From: Chrysomallon squamiferum
Taxonomy: Eukaryota > Animalia > Mollusca
NCBI GenBank assembly: GCA_012295275.1
Contig: CM022667.1
Location: forward strand, 3,782,001-3,846,000
Length of the DNA: 64,000 nt
Direction: 5' to 3'
Shown here: piece by piece, positions 1-10,295 of the stretch
Numbering within the stretch: the first letter of the stretch is position 1
Layout of the letters: each line of letters begins with the position of its first letter
Translations under genes and position numbers: made by a program
Notes under the pieces: generated by a model
Databases searched by the model: none
What the model was told of the DNA's origin: nothing
Seen by the model: only the letters and a program-made list of their open reading frames with translations

Positions 1-232
1 TAACCCAAATTAACATTCACAACAAAATGAAATTACTGAAAAATTAATAAATAATTAAAATAATGACTGAGATACAGATAGTGAGATGAGTTACAGATAA
101 TGAATAGACAAAAATATCAATAGTAATATTAATAAATTATAAATATGTTTCAACTTTACTCACTGACATTACCCCTTGGTAATATAGAATATAAAAATAA
201 AATAACAAAAACAAAATAAATAAATGAGTTAC

Positions 233-346
233 CTTTTAATACACAATTGTTTCCAGTAAGAAAACGGAGGTTTTTCTGTTGTCTTGGCAACTTTTGTTCC
301 TGGTAGTTTAGATGCATAATGGTGAAAAATGCCTTCCCACAAGCAG
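233..346 (-). CDS. FBXO15: F-box protein (FBXO15-like), coding exon 4; gene continues beyond the left edge
   Basis: Acceptor TTTCAG, donor AG|GTAACT, 114 nt. Encodes NCLWEGIFHHYASKLPGTKVAKTTEKPPFSYWKQLCIK. The ANDN.LW..I segment and YWK...IK motif recall FBXO15 (ANDNFIWIGIY...GYWKKEYITK). The family assignment is from memory and about 0.65 certain. Confidence 0.85.
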
Positions 347-670
347 CTGAAATTGCAAGAAATATTTTTTTTTTAGAATACTACAAAATCAATATATTGA
401 TGTTTTATTCATTGAAGAAAAAGCTATTTACTGAAATAAAACTCTAATCCAAAGAAAATTCTGATATATCTGTGTTGAATACAAATGATAAAACTTTGAC
501 AAGTCTATAATGTAACTTAGAAATTTTAATTTTCATTCTTATGTTTTTATAATGTTAAACTTCAGATAAAAAGAGAGAAATTCCTGCAGTACTAAAATAA
601 ATCTAGTACAGTACATTAAGCTTAAGCAGTGAGATTGTTATAATAAATATTTTGATGAGTCTTACTTGAC

Positions 671-706
<36 letters not shown>

Positions 707-752
707 CAGTGATCAGAAATCTAAGCCAGCAAGGAAGTTAGATAACTCTTAC

Positions 753-857
753 TTGTCATTAGCAATTCCCTGCCAGTGGTGACAAACAGAAGCTGCTCTG
801 AGAAGATTCGATGCATCAAGATATTGGAAAATCTTCAAAAGTATTTCATCCGGCAAA
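753..857 (-). CDS. FBXO15: F-box protein (FBXO15-like), coding exon 3 (F-box domain)
   Basis: Poly-T+CAG acceptor, donor AA|GTAAGA, 105 nt. Translates as LPDEILLKIFQYLDASNLLRAASVCHHWQGIAND, a canonical F-box motif (LP.EILL.IF.YL...L...VC..W). Confidence 0.92.
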
Positions 858-1014
858 CTGAAAAAAAAAAAAAATAATAATAATAAAATAAAATGAAATA
901 AAATGAAAATAAATTTAAAAAAAAATAAAAAAAAAAAAAAAAAAATGTTCTTAATAAATATTTTAAATTAAAATAACAGTCAATAAATTAATTTCAAACA
1001 TATATATTATTGTT

Positions 1015-1295
1015 ATAACCTTTCCATTTAAATAATATAAATACAGTAAATGTAAGTTTATCAGAGGGTACTGTAATTAAAATAACAACAAAAATTAATT
1101 ATAAATATACTATTATAATAAATTATTATTCCTTTTCCATTTAAATAATATATTGCTTTATTAAAGGATGCTGTAATTAAAATAACAAATTAAATCAAAT
1201 TAATTAAAAAACAAAAAATAAAAAATTATATATACTTCTGCTATAAACTTATCTTTTATATAACACAGAATATGTAACTTTATCAAAGGGCACTG
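1015..1295. repeat. Degenerate ~115-bp tandem duplication in F-box gene intron 2
   Basis: TTTCCATTTAAATAATATA recurs at ~1021 and ~1134. CTGTAATTAAAATAACAA recurs at ~1071 and ~1171. A partial third copy lies near 1270. Confidence 0.6.
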
Positions 1296-1433
1296 AGTCA
1301 GTGTATGTACTTTCCTGTCAATGGGAAAGTTAAATAAAGCATTCCTTTCTGCTTACAAATATTGCAGATGAGAAAACAAAAAGTACTGACTGAAGATGTG
1401 AATTAAAAAACCAAACAAAAAAACAAAACTTAC

Positions 1434-1535
1434 TTATTGATTGTTGCTTTGCCATGAAAATTTATTTTTCTGCTGCCAGTCTGACTTGATCTTTTTGCAG
1501 TGGAGTGAAATCCTGACTGAGATGTACAACTACTG
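1434..1535 (-). CDS. FBXO15: F-box protein (FBXO15-like), coding exon 2
   Basis: Acceptor TTTCAG, donor AA|GTAAGT, 102 nt, phase 2/2. Encodes SSSCTSQSGFHSTAKRSSQTGSRKINFHGKATIN in frame with exons 1 and 3. Confidence 0.75.
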
Positions 1536-1916
1536 CTGAAATTGAATATATTGTTATATTTTTCACTAATGTTTTAGTCATTAACTAGTAATAATAAAAA
1601 AATTTGAAAATTAAAAACACAAAAAATATCAACACATTTCAGCAAATATGTTGGGTTTTTGTTGTTTGTTGTTTTTTTTTTGGGGTTTTTTTTAAATGAT
1701 AATGTTTTTCTAAGACATCCTCTGTGAAATTAAACTAAAATAATGTGAAACTAAACTGTAGAAGACTGTAATTACTATTATCTTATCTAATAAACAAATA
1801 ATCAGTCAGTGCAGCTATGATTCATTCTGCAAAAGAAATAAGAAACACATGTATTGCTTTTTCAGATTTTCCTTAGTTGTTATTATTATTATTATTATTA
1901 TTTATCTATCTATTAC

Positions 1917-2080
1917 CTGTTTGGTTTCTGCTGATACTGTTGTCTACCTTTCACAGAGGTAATGTTTATCTTTGGTTTTCCTTCGCTACTCGTTTGTTTA
2001 CTTTTTGCACCTGAACTTTGATGTTTATGTTTGTTCAAATAGTCAGCTAATTGTTGTTTATGTCTCTCCGGCTCGCTCAT
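1917..2080 (-). CDS. FBXO15: F-box protein (FBXO15-like), coding exon 1
   Basis: ATG at 2080 opens MSEPERHKQQLADYLNKHKHQSSGAKSKQTSSEGKPKINITSVKGRQQYQQKPN with no stop. It ends at donor CAG|GTAATA (intron starts 1916), 164 nt, phase 2, and splices in frame to the downstream exons. Confidence 0.75.
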
Positions 2081-2770
2081 TTTACAAACAGTTTTATAAT
2101 CTGATCGAAATTAACCATTTAAAAGTTTATGTGCTTTATCTCCATCTTTAAATAATAAAAAAATATTTTATTGTGCAAACAACGACCACACAGAGTTATC
2201 TCTCGGAACCGGAAATCAATTAATCCTAAAACTCAAACTCAATCTATAATAAGGACAACATAATTAATCGGAAAGGCGATGCTCAACTTGATCTATTGAC
2301 GTTTTTCAATTTTGAATGAAATATTCACAATGTGTACAACAGATATATATATTTTGTTATTTGTTAAAAACTATATTACGTTTTATGTGTATGTATATAA
2401 TAATATTTTATCTTGTTACTATTTTCAAGATAATGTTACGAAGAAGTGTGCCGAATGTATTAATTGTCCGTTTCAGATGTCTATTCTGCATTTTATTTCA
2501 TTGAACATGCGCAATTGTACTTTCATTTTCTTTCCGACAAGCAGACACCTTATTTTTTTGTTGTTGTGATTTGATGAGTTCCAAATATAATTTTAAAGAT
2601 CAGTTTATCATTAGGTATTGTACACGTTGTTTTTACTGATGACATTATTATATAATCGACTAATCCATAAAATAAGAATTAATTAATTGACAATGTAAAA
2701 ATTATATTTTTGAATATTATATTTTTATTTTATTGTATTTTTGACTAAAATCTTTGTTTCTCCGATTTTT
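2081..2770. promoter_or_regulatory. Putative bidirectional promoter between the F-box gene and the zinc-finger gene
   Basis: Lies between divergent genes and locally retains CpGs that are scarce in the flanking introns. ETS-type CGGAA motifs at 2204 and 2208-2216 (ACCGGAAAT). Candidate non-coding first-exon donor for the + gene: TAG|GTATTG at 2615. Confidence 0.6.
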
Positions 2771-2842
2771 GTTTCATTCATATAGAATGTGAGAATATAA
2801 ATATTTATTTCACTGATACAAGATGAGATTAAGAAATTATAA

Positions 2843-2847
<5 letters not shown>

Positions 2848-2915
<68 letters not shown>
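2848..2915. repeat. (CT)n microsatellite
   Basis: Uninterrupted CT run. Confidence 0.97.
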
Positions 2916-2920
<5 letters not shown>

Positions 2921-3082
2921 TTTCATTTCTAATTAAATAAATCTTGGGCACAAAACAAATTATTTCTATTGTTTATTTAAAGTTCTGTCAGAATCATCAC
3001 TTTACAAAATATAATTATATTCACTGAAGATATAAAATCTAAAAAAAGAAAAAAGAAAATTAATGTTAGTTTTGTATACATG

Positions 3083-3091
3083 TATTATTAC

Positions 3092-3170
<79 letters not shown>
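3083..3170. repeat. (ATT)n microsatellite abutting the 3175 splice acceptor
   Basis: ATT run ending a few bases before the acceptor AG. Confidence 0.97.
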
Positions 3171-3183
3171 TATAGATGACAGA

Positions 3184-3271
3184 ATGAAAACTGAATCAGA
3201 TTCACATTGTTGCGGAATATGCAAAATATCTTTATTGTCTCTGCCAGATTTTCTCATTCACAAATTGCAGC
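3184..3271 (+). CDS. C2H2 zinc-finger protein, first coding exon (acceptor AG ends 3175, ATG 3184)
   Basis: MKTESDSHCCGICKISLLSLPDFLIHKLQ, then donor C|GTAAGT at 3272 (phase 1). Splices in frame to 3603, completing a finger CGIC-x12-HKLQH. The D.H.CGIC...L..F..HK pattern resembles the N-terminal finger of ZFP64/ZNF341-type proteins. Confidence 0.8.
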
Positions 3272-3602
3272 GTAAGTTGTAAACAAAATACTAATCACAG
3301 TTTAGTTTTATTTACTCTTTTATTTTTCTTGATGTTCAAATGATACAAAATAATATGTTTTGAGATGATACTTTGCTTTTAAATTTGTGAAATAGGTTAC
3401 ACTACCTAATGTTGTCCATTTAAACTTATTTTATTTATGCATAAATAATTTCAAAGTAAATTTTAGAAGATTTTGAAACATTTTAATAACACAAAATTTT
3501 TTAACTAGATATTTAAAAAAAAAAAAAAAAAAAAAATTATTATTTGCTAAAATGTTAATGTTAAAATTTTTAAATGACATTTATTTATTTATTTATTTTT
3601 AG

Positions 3603-5776
3603 ATGTTGGACATGGCAAAGGTTTGGGCTGTGAGCTCTGTGGTTTAGGATATAACCGGATAGCTCCTCTTCAAGATCACTACAGACGTAAACATGGCTTG
3701 GAGATATTTTCAAAAAATCAGATGGCTAAAATCTTATCACAGCCTTCAAAAAATGTCACAGAAACCACTTCTTCAGCAGCTGTCTCATCACCACTGGATG
3801 TTCCTCCAACATCTACAACATCACCAGCATTGAAACATTTACTATCTTCTCCATATGTAACCTCAAACAACTCTACCTCAAGTGCTTCAGTCCCAGAGAA
3901 TATTGTCATTGAAGAAAAGTTGCCATCTGCTAGCAGAAATTTGCAGTCAGCTAAGGACAAGCTGGATGCAGTCCAGCTGGGTTGTTCTACAAATCTTACA
4001 AAAATGGCCCCAGCAGAGTCCAGTATGAAAATGCCATTATCCAATTTGACATCTTCCAGATGTTTGGCCACCAGTAACATGATTTCTGTGGAGAACAACA
4101 TTGATTTAGATTCTCAGGAAATAAACTTATCATCAGCTGAACTGATGTCTGCTGAAACTGAACAGTTATCCTTCGATAATCAGTCATCAGTCAACATCCA
4201 TTTGTCATCACCAGCTGATCCAAACATCCCTTCAGAAGGTCAACTGTCTGATCTTGTCACATCAGACATAATGTTCAGTTCTCATTCTGTGGATGGTGAT
4301 GTCCCAAATTTGATATCTAATCGGCTCACATCTGCTAACCTTAACAATGTTGTAGGAAAAACTCTTCTAGAAAGTTCTCATAAGATGCCTCCAGCAAAAA
4401 CTGTTCATGTTATTATTGCTAAAACAGAAGGTGAAGGAATATCAGTTGAAGATAATAAGTGCTCTGATGTGGATCAGAATCCACTGGAAGTAGAATCAAT
4501 CAAAAATGAAGGTGCAGAACCTGGTTTACAAACAGCAGATGAATCCAGTAAATGTTTTCAGAATGAAACCAAAGATAGTGATTCTAGTGGTGGCGTGGAT
4601 ACTAAAGGAAAAACAAATATGGCAGCCAAACATAAAAATGGTGAGAATTTCAAACCTGATTTTCATTTCATTCTTCTAGCAAATCTTGTTAAGGGACGAT
4701 CTCTCAGTTACCGTAGAAACCAGTTTAAGTGTCTTCACTGTGATTTTAAAACTACATGGATTAATTCGCTAATCAAGCACATGAAAATGTTTCACGAAGA
4801 TATGATGTCAATACACCAAAACATTGAAGTAAAGTCAGTGGATACCAGCCCAGAGAGAAAATTAGTCAAAATGTCTGCCTACCTTGCAGAACTGAACAGT
4901 TTGAAAAAACCAACTCGTAAGAAACGCCAGGTAGAGAAGCAGGACCGACTGGGGGAGTTCCAGTGTAAGATGTGTAGCAAAGTGTTCAACAGACTGAGGT
5001 ATCTGAGAAAACACATGCAGGTTCACAGAACGGAGAAGAAACATTTGTGCGACGAATGCGGCAAATCGTTTAAAACCAGATCCTATCTCCTGTCACACCA
5101 CCGAGTGCACAAGACGAAAGAATATCAGTGCAGCCAGTGTGACTTTCGATCGTCGATAAACGCTGTCATACATGCTCACAGACAGCTGCATCATGAAGGA
5201 AGTGTTCTGTGCGACATCTGCGGCTTTGCTTACAATGACAAATCGACACTGAAAAAACACAAACTTGTCCACGACCCTTCTCGCCCTTTCCCGTGTTCAT
5301 ACCCAGGATGCACCTGGAGGTTTAAGAGCAAAGTGATGTGTTTGGCTCACGTTAAGGCGCACACTTCTGAAGGAAAGTTTCAGTGTTCGTTGTGCAGTTA
5401 CGTTTTCAGACAGAATCATCATCTTCAGCGACACACGGCCACAGTTCATGGAATAAACAAGAATTCGGTGAAAGGAAAGGTGAAAAAACCTGATCAGACT
5501 GAGGAGCAAACTGACAGTGACACGAACAGCGTCAGGCTTATCCTCGATTACTCGCAGATGGAAGTGGACAACTTTCCATCCATGCTGCAGAGTGGTCAGT
5601 TGGTCATCGCGACAGACAGTGAAGGTAATACTGTTAACTATGAAGTTGCTGACATCACAATGAATGTTGCGCTGATGTCGCAGGATGATGAAAATCAGTC
5701 AGCTGATAATCGGGCAGTGATGATTCCAAATTATGACACTGGACAAATTGTTTTGCAGGGATCAGAAATGTCTTAA
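3603..5776 (+). CDS. C2H2 zinc-finger transcription factor, large terminal coding exon (8 further fingers)
   Basis: Acceptor TTTTAG ends 3602, and the frame matches the 717-aa ORF. Fingers CELC..HYRRKH, then a Ser-rich linker, CLHC..HMKMFH, and a six-finger array (CKMC, CDEC, CSQC, CDIC, CSYPGC, CSLC). Acidic C-terminal tail; stop TAA ends 5776. Spliced product about 753 aa. Confidence 0.95.
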
Positions 5777-5900
5777 AAAATTTATATTTTTTAAAAGAAT
5801 TTGTTAAGTATTTTTTCTACAATGCATGTTCATCACATTAATTCATTTGCTTAATTAATTAAAATGGAATGTTTCAAGAGTTTTAATATGAAATGATAAT

Positions 5901-5906
5901 AATAAA
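5901..5906 (+). terminator. Candidate polyadenylation signal (AATAAA) of the zinc-finger gene
   Basis: First AATAAA after the stop, followed by T/GT-rich sequence at 5929-5962. AATAAA is common in this AT-rich DNA, so a longer UTR (for example to ~7700) is equally possible. Confidence 0.35.
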
Positions 5907-6486
5907 GTATGTTATTTACTTATTAGAGGTTTTTTTTTTTTTTTTTGGGGGTTTTTGTTTTTATGATTAGTTAATGCTCATAAACTATTGCATTACTGTA
6001 GTTTATAATCTTTTCTGTTGTTTCCAAGGTGAGGTAATTTATGAATTGATTTCATGTATAATAATTATTTCAAGAGTTATTTCCCTTGGATTATACGAGC
6101 AAACTTGTATTTCTTCCATTTGTTAACAAAAATTCATTTCTTTTATGAAAATGTACCTCTTAAAAAATAAATGTTATTAATAATTACCCAGATAGTTTAT
6201 GTCATATTTAGAAACTTTTTATTTAAAGAAAGGCCAATATTTTGAGGTTTCTGTCATGTAAATGTATTATTCTACTTGCTCTGAGGTACATAAAGTGAGC
6301 AGTTTTTTCTGAATATTTAATATATATTTTTAGAGGAAATAAAAATATAAATATTAAAAAGGATACATTATTAAATTAATTGCATGTTAGTGCATATTGA
6401 TAATTTTAAAAAAATCCTATTTTCTTATTTATATTGTAAAATGCAATAATGAAGTAATGTTACTTTAGAAGTATAAAATATGAAAT

Positions 6487-6533
<47 letters not shown>

Positions 6534-6970
6534 GTAGTAATTGTGTTTGCTGGTAGTAAACATTAGTTGTTTACAAGTTGAATACTCTAAATTATGCAGG
6601 TCAGTACAAACCAGGGGTTTCGAACATTATGAAAAACCAGCCTTAGCTTCAGACTAAATTTAATCAAGATAGTAAATTATATATATATATGAACATCTTA
6701 CATTTTAATGCTAACATTTATTTTCAGTGGGTTTACAAGAGATAGATCATGTTTAATTATGAATTCCTGAAAGATTTGAACATTATGTCAAAAAATTTAA
6801 TTTTAATGTCATTAGATGGTTAATTATATCATTTAAAAATATATATATATATATATATATATTTTCAATACTACAAGACAGAAATCATGATAGAGTCACT
6901 CTAAGGTTAAGGCTTATTGGGAGAAAATATTCTAAGTATTTTGTTTTGTAAAGTTGGTATGTTATAGGTT

Positions 6971-7011
<41 letters not shown>

Positions 7012-8744
7012 TAGACAACTGAACATTCTTCTCAATAACAGTTACTAGATCTCAGTCATGTTTTTATTTAAATAGTAACAAAACGAAGGAGTACATTGTG
7101 ACAGTTCCATGGGTTGCTCTAACCTTTTGGCAGTAAGGAATTTTTAAATGGATCTTTCTATCAACTGGTAAGAATATTTGAAACTTAAAATGAACCATTT
7201 TTATAAGTAAATTTCTTGACAGGGACATTTATGATTTGATCCAGTGACTAATTTTATCGTGGGCCTAATCCTCACATATCTAAATAACAAGGATTTAAAC
7301 AGTTTAAAGACTTTACCAGACCACATTGATTTTCTGTCATGAAATACATGTACAATGCACAGTAACGTATACCTGACATTTGGAAACTCTGACATAGCTG
7401 AATAACAGAAGGCGAGACATATTGTGCATGAAATATCTTCAGAATAATTTATGTTATTCTCCACTTTTTTCATTTCCTAAATTTTGTGTTTAGTTTATTA
7501 CATTGTGAAACATTATTATTTAAAAAGAAGCTTTGAAAAGGTAATTTATACCCTATTTATTTTGCTAGAATTTGCAATTTTCAAAAAAAAAAAAATTAAT
7601 TTTGGATGATATACAAGGCATTAGTAGAGAAAACAATAACTGAAAAAAACCCATATAAAACAGAATAATGAAGAAATAATAAAATTAAATAATTATAAAA
7701 TCTATTTATTTTCTCAAACTGTTGCTTTATTTTTCAGGTTAATATCACATTAAATTTATTTTTATCAATAGATGCCATCTCTAATCTAGAATTAAAAATC
7801 AATATAAAAATTTCCAGCTTGACATGAGGGATGATATATTTAAAAAAAATTAATAATAAAAATAATTAAAAAATAATAGTAATAAATAAAATAGCAAATG
7901 AATTTTTAAATAATTTCTTTAATATTTTAAACATTTTCTTTCTTGTTTAATTGAATATTTTTATTTTGTCACCAGCAGTTTTATTCAAAATTACAAATAT
8001 TTCTTTTCTTAATTGCTGAAATAGTTTAAAGTTAATATAATTTGAAACTATGTTGTGAAGAACTATCTATATAGTTCTTGTTAACGTAGTTTTAAAATGT
8101 GTGTGCGCGATTCTGATATTGTGTATATATATATATATATACCCAATCAGTTTGATAGACTTTGGCTACTTAAAAAAATTATATTTTTATGAAGACAGTT
8201 TCTAATTTTGTAAATCGAAAACAACAGAACTTTTTAATCAAAACAACAGTTCTTTTCTTTACGTTTCTCTGCGTGGTTGTTCATCTCGTAAAACGCGTAC
8301 CATTAGAAAAGTAATCACAAGTTTTTCATTCAAGTTTTTGAAACAGATGCTTGTTAATTGATTTCCTTTGAGTTTCAATCTCTCGTTTTTCTTTAACCTC
8401 GTAACTGCCTTCTTTTAAAACGGGCGTCTGAGAACAACCAGAATTAATCACTCTCCATGCCGAGATGAAACCTGCGCCGGAATGATGGGAACTCGTTTTC
8501 AAGAACGTCACGCAGACGCGACTTGTTTTCACAGTGGCGAGAGCGGCAGAGGGGTTCATTTCTCACACACGTCAATACCGCATCGAGATAAACTTGTAAG
8601 TTTCACAATATGTGACAGAACCGAGCAGAAATGAATGGAAATCTATAATTCAGAGCCGATTGCTGTGAGAAAACGGTTCGTGTCCCAAGTACGGAAAAAT
8701 AGCGCAAATCTATCAAACTTTTTGTTGCGCTTGTGAATTTTGAC

Positions 8745-8762
8745 TGCTGCCATCTGGTGGCT
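8745..8762 (-). promoter_or_regulatory. CTCF-binding motif
   Basis: Minus strand reads AGCCACCAGATGGCAGCA, an exact fit to the CTCF core CCASYAGRKGGCRS. Confidence 0.65.
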
Positions 8763-9019
8763 CTCATGAGATCGATATTTCGATGTCGCAGCCCCCTGGG
8801 ACTGTTGAAGAACTAATAAAAGTTTGGGTCACCCGCTGAAATAAGTGATATTTAAAACAAACTAAGAAAATAATGATGTATTATGAGCTATTAACAGCCT
8901 AAAGAATTCAGTTTACGAGTTAGCGTTCAGTCGTTCAAACGCACAGATGGGGTGTGAAAGACTGAGATTTGAAGATAAAGTAAAGTAAAACTAATTTTAA
9001 AAATATGTATAAAATTTAA

Positions 9020-9068
<49 letters not shown>

Positions 9069-10212
9069 GTAATACAACGGGAAGAAAAAGAAAAAGTAAT
9101 GAATAAAACTGATATAAAGTATCTGCTTGACTTTATAAAAAAAAACTTTGTAATTAAAAACATCCAGTTACAAATTTTTATTTTATTTTTTAGATAATAA
9201 CTATTCAGTCTAATTAAATGATAAAATCGGTTTTTGTTATAGAAATATTTTATTTGCTATTTATAATTATTTTTATTTAATTATTATTTGTTTATTCTTA
9301 ACGTCCATAAAATTGTAATTAATTTTACTAGGTTAACATCCCATAAATTATTATTATTAGTTTATTACTTCAACGATTTCATTTTAATCACAAATTGATA
9401 TTTATACTAGAAAGCCCAGACAGCTTTTGAAAAATAAATTATAAGATACATTTCACCAAATTAGTGTTTGATGACGTTTGCTTACCACGCTAAGCAAAAC
9501 CTGATGGGGGGGGGGTGTCGAGGGCGGGTTAGCAAAACATGGTGAGAAATTTGCAGAAACAGAGTTTTAACAGTTCACGTGAACAGGTCATCAGAACATA
9601 ATAAAATTGTTTATTGTGTTCTCATTTAATCGAGTAACGATTGCTTTAATTCAACAATGACAAGCTCTTAAAACTAGCATGAAACGACTGTTAAAATCAT
9701 CCGCATTTAATACTGCTTGCTTCCTCTCAAAGCATATAGACCGATGTTTTCAAGAGATCCCCTCATGTGTAGCGCAGAAGTAAAGACAAACATAAACACA
9801 TGTCAGAGGATCAGTTCATGAAGAGAAATCCATTTCCAATTGATAAATATTTTTACGACAGATTTTCTTATACCCATGACCTTTCGGATAGTTTCAATGT
9901 GTGTTTGTTAGTTAAAAGGTTTTTGTTCACTGATACTGTCTATTTTGTTAAAATATTGATACATACGGAATAAAATTAGTCATTGAAACTCTTGTTTGTA
10001 GATGGTATTACTTAAGCCGTCTGTCTGCCCACAATTTTAAAAGAGAAAGCAAAATGTATGTTTTATAAATGACGGAGTATTTTTTAATATGTAGTTATAT
10101 GGCTAAGAGTAAAAATATTAAGGAATATATAAATCAATTGTATATATATATATATTTTTTTTTAATGCACCTTCCCAAACACGGGCACAACACTGTCATT
10201 GATAAATTAGTC

Positions 10213-10213
10213 T

Positions 10214-10294
<81 letters not shown>
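10213..10294. repeat. Compound (GT)n(GA)n microsatellite
   Basis: TG run directly followed by an AG run. Confidence 0.97.

Positions 10295-10295
<1 letters not shown>

Noticed and set aside
3623-3625. ORF-track start of the 717-aa zinc-finger ORF
   Set aside because: It is an internal TTG. The frame extends to the acceptor at 3602 and joins the 3184-3271 exon.
3718-5509. Minus-strand ORFs overlapping the zinc-finger exon
   Set aside because: Antisense shadows of the real CDS with no recognisable domains.
8326-8559. 77-aa minus-strand ORF in the CpG-rich domain
   Set aside because: No recognisable motif or splice support; expected by chance in locally GC-richer DNA.
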